A DNA stretch of 64,000 bases from Lama glama (taxonomy: Eukaryota), in the NCBI GenBank assembly GCA_028534125.1, contig CM052816.1, positions 79,548,001 to 79,612,000 on the forward strand, in the 5' to 3' direction. The notes under the pieces were generated by a model that worked only from the letters and a program-made list of their open reading frames with translations, did not search any database and was not told the origin of the DNA. Shown one piece after another: positions 12,644 through 25,794 of this stretch; position 1 is the stretch's first letter; the number at the start of each line of letters is the position of its first letter. The position numbers were made by a program, and so were the translations under genes.

Positions 12644-13259
12644 GTGGTAGCTCAGCCAGGCCTGTAAGACTTCCTCCCAGATTCTCATTAAAATTGACGT
12701 AAAGGTAACTGCATCACATCCCCACCCCAATCGAAGAATTGCAGAATCAAAGGGGAAGGAGAGAGATGGACAGAGCAGAAGTTTCCATGAACTTCGCTGT
12801 CACATAAAAAAAAAAATTTTTTAAGATTAAAAAAGAAAAGCAGCACACAGTTCTAGAAAAAGTGAATGGAAACAGAATCATACTTAGATGTAGGCTGGAA
12901 ATGTTTGTACATTAAGGGTAAAGAAAAATCCTACACCTATCTAAACACAAAAATACTTTTCTTTAAAAGTTGCTGCAAAGGAACAAAAACCATCCTGACC
13001 TTAGAGGATTATCAGTACTAAAAGATGGAGTATTATTCCAGAATATGGGTAATGGGTATTCGTGGGGAAATGTGGGGACCTGGTTCAGTTGTCTGCCAAA
13101 GCAAGAGAAATCTGTTCAAATACCCTCAAGTAATAACAAGAACAAAAAATGCCTTTCGTATATTCTCTAGGGGTGGAGGAGGGGGTAGCTCATTGAAATG
13201 TACTCTATCTGGCTAAGAAATGAACTTAAATCAAGGTATCAAGAATGTGAAAACTGCAG

Positions 13260-13528
13260 GCATAGAAACAAACCTATGTTTACGGCGGGGTGGGGAGGGA
13301 GTGGGAAGGGATAAATTGGGAGTTCAGGATTTGCAGATGCTACTATATATAAAATAGATGAACAACAAGGTCCTACTGTATAGCACAGGGAACTGTATTC
13401 AATATCTTACAGTAACCCCTAATGAAAAAGAATATGAAAACAAAAAAAAATATGTATGACTGAAACATTGTGCTGTACATCAGAAATTGACACAACATTG
13501 TAAACTGACTCTACTTCAATTTTTAAAA
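13260..13528 (+). mobile_element. L1 3' UTR fragment
   Basis: Reads 'gggataaattgggagttcaggatttgcagatg...gactctacttcaat'. A diverged TSD is possible (gaatgtgaaaactg / gaattgaaaattg). Confidence 0.92.
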
Positions 13529-13619
13529 GAGAATTGAAAATTGTTTCATTTAAAGTCTACCAGTGAGTATTGAAAGAAATTTAAAAATACAAAGATAAGT
13601 ATACATAACTTTTTAAAAT

Positions 13620-14070
13620 CTGTGTTTAGATGGAGTTTCCCTGGAAGCAGATCCGGAGGCATGGATCTGGAGAAAGTGTTTTATTGTTTATGTTGGGAAA
13701 GATGTAGGGGCGTCAGAAGAGGGAAGCAGATGATACAGCTTGAGTCATCAGCTACTCACCATGAGGGTGACTGGAGTTTCATCCCACAGGGAAATTTTGA
13801 CAAACCATGCAAATTGCATGCCCAGGAGTCATGGAACCCAGGGGGCAAGAGAACTGGGACATTTAGACATCAGTGCCCCCTAGTCGTTGGTTGAGAACTG
13901 CGGGAGTGGGTTATTTAGACACATTCAAGCCTGGAAGCTGGCCAGAGCTCCCTTGGTGGAGACACAGAGTGCGACAGTGGAAAGTGGGGGGGTCAGGAAG
14001 AGCACAGTGCAGTAGTTAAGGCAGGAGGGATGCCTGTGGCAAAGAACAGGGAGCACTGCAGGCTGGTTAG
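13620..14070 (-). mobile_element. ERVL LTR33-like LTR
   Basis: 'gtttccctggaagcagatccggaggcatgga', 'ggtgactggagtttcatcccacaggga' and 'gtcgttggttgagaactgc' resemble LTR33 antisense. Confidence 0.65.
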
Positions 14071-14199
14071 GACACTGACTGCAAGCAGCCAAACCAATTC
14101 TTAAGGTACAATGTCTAGATGTAGTGCCGGGTCAAAGTGGAAATGCTTCCCTATAAAAAAAAAACTCAATAATGCAGAGTATGTGACCATAAAGCAAAC

Positions 14200-14521
14200 A
14201 TTCATTGTGTTTGTTTATTTGTGGAGTTTACTAATTTGGCATTAAATACTGCCTTGGATGAAGATAATATAAAACTCATAATATCCCACTACAATGAAAA
14301 CATCGACAAGAAACTGGCTAATGAATGTCATCAGTTCAGAGTATTTAAGAGTCTAATATAAAGAAAACTTGACAGTGAAAAAGAATGCGACAATGAACAC
14401 ATGTATGTTCATGTATAACTGAAAAATTGTGCTCTACTCTGAAAATTGACACAACATTGTAAACTTACTATAACTCAATTAAAAAATTTAAAAATTAAAA
14501 ATAAATGAATAAAGTCAAAAT

Positions 14522-14553
<32 letters not shown>

Positions 14554-15063
14554 CTAATGTAAAGAAAACTTGAAATGCCCTAAAATCTTACAGCTCACAT
14601 AGGAGAGGCTTTTCCAAATTTCAGATTCACATCACATTACCAATAAAGAGTTGTGAAGATGAAACAATAATAAAAACAACTTGTTTTTATTAATCATGCC
14701 AGAAGAGACCAAATTATCTTCCTTTTCTCCAGAGAAGCTATTCAAAAATCAATTCTTGCCATAGAAAAATATTACAGAAAGAAGCAATCAAAGAACACAT
14801 GGAAAAGAGAACTGAAAAAAAGTAATGGAATGTTATCTGACAGCTAATAAATAAAAATATCAAGTGAATTCTCCTGGATTTTGTGACATTTGTGGTATTT
14901 ATGAGCTTTTAAAAGGAGTTAATTGTTGTCTTTCTTTTCTCATTCTAAATAAACATTCACTATCACACTTCATTTCTATTTGTAATTTTGTGTGTGTGTA
15001 TTTTCCTTAAAAAGGATTCCCAAAATATATGCCTTAGCGCCACAGGATCTGGGTCCAACCCAG
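14200..15063 (+). mobile_element. Zaphod-like hAT-Tip100 transposon 3' part with a decayed transposase dimerisation domain, interrupted by an L1
   Basis: Relic 'FPN...TLPIKSCE' of the hATC domain near 14610-14660. The 3' terminus 'ttttctcattctaaataaacattcact...ccacaggatctgggtccaacccag' resembles the Zaphod end. Confidence 0.7.
14373..14548 (+). mobile_element. Short L1 3' end with a (CA)n tail and a 25-bp TSD
   Basis: Homologous to 44985-45100. Flanked by agagtctaat(a/g)taaagaaaacttga at 14348-14372 and 14549-14573. Confidence 0.93.
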
Positions 15064-15189
15064 TGCATGGGAGTTTGTGATTTTGATGGCTAATCCCAGA
15101 TTTCCCTCTAATGAGGACGTGCCAACTCAAATTTCCACCAGCAGTTAATGATCACATTTGTTTCCTCAAAACAGCGTTGAGAAAGAATA

Positions 15190-16270
15190 GCCATGAAGTA
15201 GGTTCTGTACTTCCAGACATTAAACCATATTATGAAAGCACTGTCACTAAAGCAGTGACCTTCTGGTGACAGATAAACGTATCAGTGGACTAACCTGGAA
15301 AGCCCAGAAAGAGATCCCAGAATCTACATGTAGAAGGTGGCATATTTGCTTTGCAGTGGCACCTCAAATCAGTGGAGAAATAAAGGGTGATTCAATAAAT
15401 TATTTGGAAAATAAGCCTGAGAAAATAGTGATGGCAGTTAAGTTCTTTATTCCGTACACCAAACTAAATTCTGCATGGATTAGAAATAAAATGCTAAAAG
15501 TTTTAAAAGTATAGAAACATGTTCATCTCATTTAGGGATGAGAATGCTTGACTAATAAAAAATATGCACTAAATAGTAAGCCACAATGGAAAATATCAGT
15601 TAATTAAATTTAATTGAGTTATATAAAATTAACATCATAAAAATTAAATTCTATATATAATTTGGGAGAAAACTATATTCCACATTGTTGGTAAATACAG
15701 TTTTTTAATGTAAAAAAATCTGATAGAATAAATGGGCAAGTATGAATTTCAGAAAAGAAAAATGCAAATGGTTAATAAATATAATACAAATCCAACCTCA
15801 CCAAGTAATTAAATATAAACATGTTAAATAATAATATGAACAATTTCTTTGCTTTCCAACTAGGTGAATGTTTTATAACCGTTGTGGCAGTTGTTTGTAA
15901 AGGTCTCTTAGTATTGGTGAATATGCAGTCAACAGACCCTTTTACTTACCATTTCTAACAATGTAACATTTCTGTAAGACAGAGTGGCTGAACAGAAAAG
16001 ACCTTCAGAATGTAAATTATTGCTTCTGCTACTATGAATTCTTGTAAAGGAATAAACAAGAATTGTGTACAGATTTATGATCTAGAAAGTATTTATAACA
16101 GCAAACATTAAGAAAAACCCAAATTTCTGAGGATTAAGAACAAATAAATGACAATACAGTCATGTGATGAAACCTCATGAGACCATGAGAAAAAGTGATG
16201 CATTTAAGAAGCATATGTTCATGGAAGCATATGTGCAGGGAAGCATATTTGTTCATGGCATATATTAAGT
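15190..16270 (+). mobile_element. Ancient L1M ORF2/3' relic
   Basis: A-rich decayed ORF2 motifs ('cttccagacattaaaccatattat', 'ttcaataaat', 'IPYTKLNSAWI'). Confidence 0.7.
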
Positions 16271-16893
16271 GAGACATCAGGTTTCACACATCTCTGTGGC
16301 TATGTTTTCTACTTAGTTACTATCCTCCAAGATCTTCTCCTGGCTTCCCCCTTATCATTTTAAGTCTCACTGCAAATGCTCCCGGCTCAGAATAACTTCT
16401 TGAGCCACCGGTGAAGGCAAACCTCACCCCTCACCTCCGAATCCAGGAGCCAGCACCTTAGCTCATCTTCCTTACACTACTTGTTAATATCTGAAATTTT
16501 CTTCCTCCTTTTATTTAAGTATTTATTGTCGATAGATCTTCATGCCCCACCTGCAATGCATACAATATGATATACACTCATTTAGTTGTTTTTTTCATTG
16601 CTGAAAATAGAATAGTGTTGGTCAGCCAATGCCTGATGGGCAAATGCATGGAAAAAAGACTGGAAGAAAATATATCTTTTTTTTTTTAAATAACCACCTC
16701 TGAGTGTCGAGGTCATAGTTGATTTTTATCTTCTGTTTTATGTTTGTATGATTCTTCAGGTTTCTTGTAGATAAATAATCAGGAAAAATAATGTAAACTC
16801 CTTGGTGTTCATAGTCCAGCTCAAAGACATCTTTCCCACACAACCATCCCAAATTCCTTTGGTAGTGAATTCATCACGAGTAACCAGTACTCA

Positions 16894-16954
16894 GGAGGAG
16901 GTGATCAAGGTGGCAGAACTGAAGGATGCGGATCTCACCTCCTCCCACAAATAT
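16894..16954 (+). mobile_element. 61-bp L1 5'-terminal fragment with no poly(A) tail, flanked by a 16-bp TSD
   Basis: 'ggaggaggtgatcaaggtggcagaactgaaggatgcggatctcacctcctcccacaaatat' resembles the cetartiodactyl L1 5' start. TSD gagtaaccag(t/c)actca lies at 16878-16893 and 16955-16970. Confidence 0.8.
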
Positions 16955-17149
16955 GAGTAACCAGCACTCATATAGCATTCTACACCTCCTTCATAACACT
17001 CATCACATTCTATCTCTTTACACATCAACTTCCCAACAGACCCAGACTTTTCTAGTGCAAAGACTGTGCCTTCATATCTATCTCTATATGCAGATACTAG
17101 CAAAGTGTTTGAAACATTGGGTATTCCATAAATGTTTGTTGAAGTTATT

Positions 17150-17810
17150 TATCTTGAAATAAAACACATATACAAAAGTGCATAAAACAACTTATGTTAT
17201 TGTAAAACAAACAGCTCTGGACTCAACCGCCTCATCAATAGATAGAACATTGATGGCATTTTGGAAGTTCTCTGAATGTTTTAACTTACAGCTCTCTTGC
17301 TTCTTCTTAAATATAACCAATATTCTGAATCATATGGTGATCAATTCCTTGCTTTTATCATCTTAGAATAACCTTTAAATGTAATAGCTTAATATTGACT
17401 GCTACTGAAGCTTACATAATTGGAATCACATATAATTAATTAATTCATTCATTCCACTGCAGTAGACATTTTCATTGTGTTTTATTTTGGGTTACTGTGT
17501 GTAATATTTGTAATACCTATGAATATTATCTGCCGCATCATGAGGTATGTGTATGTCCACTTTTAGTAGATATTGTCAAACTCCTTTTTAACATGTTTGT
17601 ACCAGGCTATACTTTCTTCAGTCACACTTGAGGGTTCCCATTGTTCCATAACATTGGTTGTTTCAGTTTTTTTATTTTAATACTAGTCATTCTGATAGGT
17701 ACATGATGGTATTCCCTTGTGTTAATTCACAATGACTTTATGACTCTTTTCATAATGTATTTTGACCATTTGTGTTTCCTGATGTGTGAGGTACCTGTTT
17801 AAACCCGTTA
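17150..17810 (-). mobile_element. Ancient L1M 3' relic (antisense)
   Basis: T-rich, with motifs 'tagtcattctgataggtacatgatggtattcc' and 'gaccatttgtgtttcct'. Confidence 0.6.
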
Positions 17811-17814
17811 CAAA

Positions 17815-20680
17815 AATGATCTTCAAATTTATGGAAAGCAAGAAAAGTAATACCAAGAAAAAAATACAGTCTTAAATACTTACATCAATAAAAGAAGAAA
17901 TTTAAAATGAATTAATTCACTTGTGACTGGTATATTGAAAAAAGCACAATACAATACACCATAAAAAAGTAAAAAGTGCTTTAAAAATGAAGGCAGAAAT
18001 TAGTAAGTTAGAAAGCAGAAAAAGAGTAGAACTTAAAAAATACCCAAACATTGGTTCTTCGAGAAACTCAATAAAATAATTATTGGCTATCTTAAGAAAA
18101 AAAAGAGAAAAAAGTACAACTGTACCAAATAAAACTAAGGTTGAAACAAAGGAAATTTAAAGAAATATAAGAAAGCCTTTGTACAATTTCATATAAATAA
18201 ATTAAAATTTGGGGTTAAAACAGATAATTTTCTAGAAAAAAATATAACTTAAAATTTATCCCAGATGAAACACACTATCTTAAAATGCAATTTTATGTAG
18301 GAAAAAAATAGAGAAATTTTTCAAAGAAACAACCTCATGGGCACCAGACCTGGGGTGTTTGTACCAAATCCTGAAGAATTACAGAGCTATTAAATGACTC
18401 AAAGCAAAGAATAAAAAGGAAAATTTCCAAAAAGTTTTATTGATATCTTGGCTACTATGTGTAACATTAATAATATAGGAAAAACAAAACTACAAAACAA
18501 AAATTCTAAATAAAATGTTAGCAACAACAACAAAAAGGCTCCATGGCAGCTTAGAGGAATAATATGTAAAGATCAAGTGTAACTTCATCCCACTGCATGA
18601 TAATGACTCAATGCTGGGAAATTAGTTGGTGTAATATATCATTTTATTAGACTTAAGGATATAAATCATGTGATCATTTCCAAGCAAACTGAAAAAGCAT
18701 CCGACAACATTCAGCAATCATTCTTGAGACATAAAAAAGAAGCAATTAAACAAGGATAAACGGATAGTTTATATAACAAACTATTCTCTGTCAACTCCAA
18801 CATCATGATTAATGAGAAAACACTAAATTCAGAAATAAGACAAGCAGTTCCACTACTGCTACTGTTGTTTGACATCTTATTGTAGCCAAAGCAATTAGGC
18901 AACAGAAAGAAATCAGAGGTACAAAATTTGGACAGGGGGAAATGAACCTTTCCCTACTGCAACTGGTATTATTATATACCCAAAAACTCCAAATTATAAG
19001 ATTAAAAAAATTCAAATAATGAGATGTTACATAAGTTTGGAAAATACAAAATCAATTATTTTTATGTACATAAACAATAACCAGAAAGATATTTATACAG
19101 CTTTACATATTTATATATTTAATAAATATTAAATCATTTTAATAATAAAATCATCATAATATAGTAAACATAATTATAATTTACCCTGATTTTATAACTA
19201 CAGTAGAATAATTAATATATTGTAATATTTATATATAATAATAAAATATATTAGAATAAAATAAATATAAGAGAATCAATGTAAAAATCTTAGAAATAAA
19301 CTGGAAAATTCATGTGCAAGATGAATACAAAGAAAAGTTTAAAAGATTACCAAAAGTCACCAAAAAAAAGACTTATTACAATTTCATAAATTAAAGATAA
19401 AATGATACAACATTATAAAAGTTTCAGTTCTCCCTATATTAGCATATAAATGTAGTAAAATCCTAATAAATACACTAACAATTTTTTTAATGTATCTAGC
19501 TATGTTTTTGTTAAAAAAAAAACAAAACAGAATAGCCATGAAGACTCTGGGAAAATAAAACAGCAGTCATGGGAATAGCCTTACCAGATATTAAGGTATA
19601 TTACAGAGCCTCAATAATTGAAAGTATACTATATTCATGTACAAGTAGGACAATGGAACAGAAAATAACTTTAGGAAAAGACCCCCAAACAACTAGAAAT
19701 TTAGTATATAATTAGGTAACATTTCAAATCAGTAAGAAAAAGGTGGATGATTCAATAAATGGTGCTGTAGCCACCTGGAAAAACATAACTGTTAGGGCTA
19801 CACTCCCACCATTCATGAGAATAAATGCTAAATGAATCAGAGATGTAATTATAAAAATTAAAGCCATAGAACACTAAATTAAAAAATGAGAAAATTTCTT
19901 TATAATTTTGAAGTACGGTTAGCCTTTCTATGATTCACAATCTATAAGCTATGAAGTTTGATTAGTTTGGCTACATAAAAAGCTTTTTTAACTGCATTAA
20001 AAAATAATCAAAGTCAAAACACAAATGATAAAGTGAGGGAAAAAAACACAAATGATTAACTGAGAAAAATATTGGAACATCACAACAAGATGGGTATATT
20101 GGCTTCATACATATATTTTCCATAAGGAGAAAAATAGAAAAAAAATATGAGAAAGATATACAGTTCTCAGAAAAGGAAAATCACAAAAAGTTCTCTGTTG
20201 ACAAAAGTGTAACTTCAACTATTGAAAAAGGAGAAATGAAGATTTAAACTCTACAGGTATGTCAAACTTGTAGATTTTTGCCAGTTCGATGACACATGGT
20301 ATTTCTTGGCAAAAAGGTGGTGAAGCATTCTCATGAACTTCCTTGAGCCTGTCAACTGGCACAATCCTTATAGATGATAATTTGACAATATTTATCAAAA
20401 TTAAAAATGTATGTGCCCTTTTACCCAGCAATTCTACTTCTGAGAATATGACCTGCACATACACTTGCACAGTGATGGACAGGCTTGCTCACTGCAGCGT
20501 GGCAGCACAGCTTGTTATAGTAAAAGATCACCAAAAACAACACGAGCAACAACAAAAACTCAAGTACTGAAGTACAGACCAGTGCATTCACAGAACTATG
20601 CAGCCATAAAAAGAATGAGGAAGAATAAGGAAGATCTTGGTACTGGTATGAAAACATCTCCAAAATATGTCGGTGTCAGA
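17815..20680 (+). mobile_element. Ancient L1M ORF2 (RT to C-terminal region) relic of about 2.9 kb
   Basis: Strongly A-rich, with decayed ORF2 motifs ('ttggttcttcgagaaactcaataaaat', 'gccaaagcaattaggcaacagaaagaaatcagagg', 'ccttaccagatattaagg', 'cccagcaattctacttctgagaat'). It has many stops and an AT-rich insert near 19085-19275. Confidence 0.85.
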
Positions 20681-20696
20681 TAGTGTATGGACTGTC

Positions 20697-20810
20697 TGGA
20701 GTGGCCGATTATTCTGGTTTGCCCAGAACTAAAAAGTTTCCCAAGACACAAGATTCTCATTACTAAAACTGAGAATGTTCTGGGCTAGGAGACACCAGTG
20801 GTCCTCTTAA
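20697..20810. mobile_element. MER94-like hAT-Blackjack MITE
   Basis: Reads 'ctggtttgcccagaact...tttcccaagac...ctaaaactgagaatgttctgggc' with imperfect palindromic ends. Confidence 0.6.
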
Positions 20811-21639
20811 GCCTAGCCCCTTTTTTCTTTAAAAGATGTGAGAATTAGGATGTAAGTTCATAATCATTTATTTAGGCATACAAAGCCTCCAGAAGGATAT
20901 GCGATAAAGTACCATTAATGCTCACCTATTTTATCAGTGGTGGGGATGAACTGGGTAGGCAGAGGACTGAGACTGAAGTTATTTCATTCTACTCATATTT
21001 TAAATTTTTGGACCTCTATGAATTGGATAGCTGTTCCAAAACGAAGCAAGCAAACAAACAAAAACAAATGCATCAGAAAAGAACAGGCAGTCTGATTTGT
21101 GAGGGGAAATGTGTTCTTTTCCTAAATCGAGAGCAAGTGTCTGGGTTATTTATACAGTTGAACGGCTTGGAAACTTTCTTGCAAAATGTACTTTTTTTAT
21201 AACCTCTGACTGCAGCCAGCTTTGGGGTAATGAATACAATGCAATGTACTGCCCTTTGAGAACAAAATGTTGCCGGTTGTCTTGCCCTGGTCAAAAAGAG
21301 TAAGTCTGAGCTGATCTTAAATTTCTGAATTGACCAGACAGTCTCAACACAGGGCCATAAACCTACTGTCTGAAAGAAAATGGTATTGAAACCAAATCAG
21401 CCTGTGAGCAACTGCATATTCAACTCAATCTGAAAATGCAGCCTGTATCATGGATTTTATTCTTCTTTATACCCATCCTGCTCATGATAGTAAGAGACTG
21501 TAAAATATTTGGTGACCTGGAAAAGCCTCTAGAAAACTTTGGTTTATTTTCAAATTTGTATTTTTTCTAAAATGTTTGTTTTTCCACTGTTTAGGGCAGT
21601 AGAGAGAGAGGAAGCAACAGAAAGAGTAGACCTGGATCC

Positions 21640-22020
21640 CGGGGCAATGCATGCATGAATGTGGGTGTCATCGGGGCTTACACTCCTGCTTTTGAACCAA
21701 TAGCACTGATGGTGGAAGTTTCAGTCCAAAGGCAAGAGAAGACCAATGTCCCAGTTCAACAGTCAACAAAGAGAGAGAGAGACACACACACGCAGAGAGA
21801 GAATTATCTCTTCCTCCCTCTTTTGTTCTATTCAGGCCCTTAAGAGATTGGATAATGCCTTCTCATACTGGGGAGGGCAGTCGGCTTTACTGGATCTATG
21901 GATTCCATTGCAAATCTCATCCAGAATCACCCTCGCCGACACATCTCGAAATAATGTTTAGCCAAATATCTGGGCACTTTGTGATCCAGTCAAGTTGACA
22001 CATAAAATTAATCATCACCA
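21640..22020 (-). mobile_element. ERVL MLT2-type LTR fragment
   Basis: Contains 'aaataatgtttagccaaatatctgggcac...cagtcaagttgacacataaaattaatcatcac', the MLT2 5' end in reverse. Confidence 0.85.
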
Positions 22021-22917
22021 CAGAGATCAGAGATATATAGAAATGGGTAAGATACAATCCCTGCCTCCAAGGATAAGTGACCATCATACACATACAGAAT
22101 GTACTAGTGCCACAATCCTGGACATGGCTGGGCACAGTTATAGTTGGAATACCTGAATGGTACAGAATGGAAGGTGCCGGACTTGGAGCTGGACATCTGG
22201 TCTGAGACAGAGAAGGCTTTCAGTGGAAAGACCGTGTGGAAGTGTTTGGGGGATATTCAGTGCATCCAGAGGAGAGGAGAATGGATAATGTGGTTAGGCA
22301 GTATTGCAAGTAGCACCCAAAATATGTAGCATGCAGTGGCAAGGTCTGCTGATAGGAAGGCAACAGAGGACGGGCAGAGGAATCAAGGAGGAGGCACTAT
22401 CTGCGGAGAAAAAATCTGGCAAAACTAAACTAAATGCCCTGATGTGTGGGCATGAAGATCCCTTCCCCTGGTGCACTCGACATTGCTTTAATTCCAAAAT
22501 GATATGAGTGTCATTTTGAAACAGTTCCATACGCCAGCAATCCATTTCTTTTGTGGCTCAAAGATTCAATCATTGAATGCTTTTACGTCCAAAAAAATTG
22601 GGGATTTTTTATACTAAAATGCAGTAAATTGTTGAAAGCATTTGTCTTCCTAAATGGAATTATGTTACCGAAGACTTAATTGATAGGGCTTCCTGCCCCG
22701 TACTTAAATGTTTCCCAGTTCACAAGTACAAATATTATTAGCAAACAAAACTCCAAAAGCTCCATAATTAAGTTCCAGATCCTTTACACATTTACTTATT
22801 AATCATAAACAGGTAATGTTGACTCTGTTCTTCAGAGTCCCAGCTACCAAACAGAGGCATTAATTTTTGATAAAAAGATATGATAAGCTTCTAGTATAAT
22901 CCAAGTCTCTTTAGGTT

Positions 22918-23345
22918 CCATAGTAGAAATTTCTCTTGCAAAACCAATATCTGGTTTTCCTTTCTTTTTAGACATACAGAAACGTGACACTTCCCAGCCG
23001 CATTATAGGTAGGTGGGGCCACGTGACTGGTTGCTGCCAATGGACTAAAATAAGTGGAAGTGACACGTGTCCCTTCTGGGAAGATGCATAGGAGGAGAGG
23101 TATGGAATCTCCATGCTGTCTTTTCCCTGCCAGAGTCAAGAAGGCCATGATCCGTAAAATGGTGGAGCATCTGTCAGCCTGGATTCCTGAGTGACGGCAT
23201 GAGAAACAGTACTCCACCTCTCCCCTCCCCTAGTCAAACTGTATATATCCTCAAGAGCTAGAAATAAAACCCTGGTATGCTAAGTCACTGATATTCCCAG
23301 GTTTCATTTGTTACTGCAGCATTCCTGGCTTAGCCTGCCTAACAA
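22918..23345 (+). mobile_element. MaLR LTR, MLT1J/K-like
   Basis: Contains 'cttcccagccgcattataggtaggtggggccacgtgactgg...gaagtgacacgtgtcccttctgg' and 'agaaataaaacc...tttgttactgcagcat'. Confidence 0.75.
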
Positions 23346-23425
23346 AGTTTCAAATATCTCTCTGAGAATTTAATGACGACTCTGTACCCTCTCCCAAGCT
23401 GGTTGTGTATTCAAACAACATTTTA

Positions 23426-23606
23426 TTTTATTTTATTTTATTTTATTATTTTATTTTTTATTTAACTTTTAAAAAATTGGGGGGAGAGGAAAGTAATTGG
23501 GTTTATTTATTTATTTATGTATTTTTTTAGCAGAAGTACTGGGGATTGAACCTAGGACCTTATGCATGCTAAACACACTCTCTCCCACTGAGCTACACCC
23601 TCCCCC
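23426..23606 (-). mobile_element. Vic-1-type camelid tRNA-derived SINE, full length
   Basis: The reverse strand reads GGGGGAGGGTGTAGCTCAGTGG (A box)...GGTTCAATCCCCAGTAC (B box), then (AAAT)n, 'cccaattactttcc' and an A-tail. Perfect 15-bp TSD tcaaacaacatttta at 23411-23425 and 23607-23621. Confidence 0.9.
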
Positions 23607-24839
23607 TCAAACAACATTTTAAATAAAGAATATGAATAAGCCTCTCCTTGAATCCTTACCACAGATGGATATTAAAAATAAAAGAATATTTAGCTCTTTT
23701 CTAGCATACAAATGATACTGTGTGTGTGTGTGTTTAGAAATACTATTGCCATGTTATAATGATTTAGAAGTAACCTAATTTTGTAACTAATAGTTGAAGA
23801 GTTGATATAGGAAAATCAGTCAAATAAATCTTAGATTGTGCATCAAAACACACTTAGTCCATCTCTAAGCACAATAACTAAACTGAAGGAGTCGCTTGCT
23901 GTCCAGGGGGAGAAGGAACAGCTGAGTGTTTGCTGGTTGGGCTTCCTTTGTCCAGTGGAGGGTACAGTCCTAGAGGGGTCTGCTTTCCCTGGGGGCTGAA
24001 ATTGTGAACTGAAAACAAAAACCCTTCACCATTCTGACTTGTTTACTTCAGAGAAAGTGAGTAACTTTCTGCTTCTCAGAAAGAAACAACAAAAAAAGGA
24101 ATACTCTGCAGAGTCCCCTAGAAAGTCTTCCTTAACATCAAAGGGCTCTTCTGAGAAGCTGCGCTGGCAAGGGAAATAAAAAGTATCCAAACTCTCCAGA
24201 ACTATTAAACATTGAGAGGTAGAAGTGTTTTGTTAAAATGTTTTCAATTTACTGAGCTAAACCCCTCATATTTAAATCATAGTGTTTGAAGTGTTCACTA
24301 AATAAATCACTTGCATTGTATTTTCAGCACAGCTGTGTGTACCGAGGCTAGTTCCTGGCGGTCGGGGGAGATAGCATGCCTTCTGTGCCTCACCTCATTC
24401 CAGGTTCTTTCTCCTTTTTGGTCCCCACTATATATTCCTGTCCAGCTTTCCCCTTCTCCGCCCCACCTTCCCTTCCCAGCTCCTACTCCTGCTCACTATA
24501 CTGCCTGGTAGGGTGTAGGCTAATCCTTGGCTAGACTCGCACTTAATGAAATATTGGCAATATTTAGGTTAATTTTTAGCTCATCAGGGCTAGGCTGCTT
24601 GTATACGTCAGTGGTGATAACTTCTTGATCCAAAAAAAAAAATGGAAGTTTCTTAAATCAAGAACGCAAAGACATTGAAGGCCTTTTACATTCAACTGTG
24701 AAAGACAGTGTGTCCATTTGGGCACTGTGTATTGTCAGCACAGAAGATACAATGCCCCTTTCCTGCTAGCAAAGAAAGTGACAAGAGCAGAGGTAGACCG
24801 TTTCTTGGAGAAACAGAGAGGTGAAATGAAGACATTTAG

Positions 24840-24985
24840 TTTACCTATGAGACTGTTCACAGGGGATAAAACAGTTATCTGCAGAAGGGCTTATACGTGG
24901 AAAATGGAACAGCTGTTTTTTGATGCCTTGAAGGGTAGAACTAGAGAAACCAGTGGAAGGCATGAGTAGAGACAGAAATGTTAAA
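24840..24985 (+). mobile_element. Probable CR1/L3 relic
   Basis: 'agggcttatacgtggaaaatggaacagctgttttttgatgccttgaagggtagaactag...gtggaagg' resembles the L3 3' region. Confidence 0.45.
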
Positions 24986-25129
24986 CCAACATATGAAAGA
25001 TTTTTCTTGTTGTTATTAAAATTAGTCAAAGATTAGGACTATTCTTCAACTTAAATGTGAAGGGAATAAATGCATAAAACCATAAACCAGGGCATCAAAA
25101 AGGAAAAATAATGAATAAGAAACAATAAG

Positions 25130-25375
25130 AGCAATAGCTAACATTTACTGAATATATTATCACTTGTCCAGCACAAATGATTAAAAGTCCTATTTATATT
25201 AATTCAAACTAAACCCCCCCAAATCCCAAATAATGGTAGATATAGCTACCATTTTTATAGATAAGGCTACTTATCAGAGAAGTTCAATAAGGTTAAGAAA
25301 AAAATCCATGGTTACCCAGTAATTACTGGAGCTGGGATTTTGAAGCAAGGCAGTCTAGCTCCAAAATCTGTATTT
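25130..25375 (-). mobile_element. MIR SINE
   Basis: Reads 'atagctaacatttactgaat...ccatttttatagataagg...gctgggattttgaagcaaggcagtctagctccaaa'. Confidence 0.7.
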
Positions 25376-25794
25376 TTATCTACAAAGTTAAAGAAGTATA
25401 TAAAGAGAGAAAGAAATATATTGAAATTTATGGGAAAAAAACAAATAGGAAGATGGATAAGAACAAGATGATTGGCCCACGAGCAAAGTATAGATCACAA
25501 GCAAAATAAAATATAAATATCAACAAATAAACGTAAACAGAGGCTCATAGCTACTCTCCTAGAACTGATGGAATGGGAGGGTAACATGTCCCAGGAAAGG
25601 TATTTATTCCTCGTTCAGAAGAAACAGACTGAATTGAAAGAAAGAATAGAAATAAGTAAAGTATGCTTGTTCCTTAGATCTGCAAAATGGAGAGAAAGGA
25701 TGCTGAGGTAAGAATTAAAAGTCATAGTACAAACAGACTGGCCAGGAAAAAAATGTAATGGTACATATTATAGAGGCAAACTATTAAAGAGATG

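Noticed and set aside
16208..16262. Three copies of a ~16-bp unit 'gaagcatatg...'
   Set aside because: This is a short slippage repeat in an old L1. It has no spacers and is not CRISPR-like.
19085..19275. Extremely AT-rich stretch
   Set aside because: It is a degenerate low-complexity expansion within an old L1, with no defined periodicity or function evident.
23520..23606. tRNA-like sequence with A and B boxes
   Set aside because: It is the head of a SINE with a tail and TSD, not a tRNA gene.
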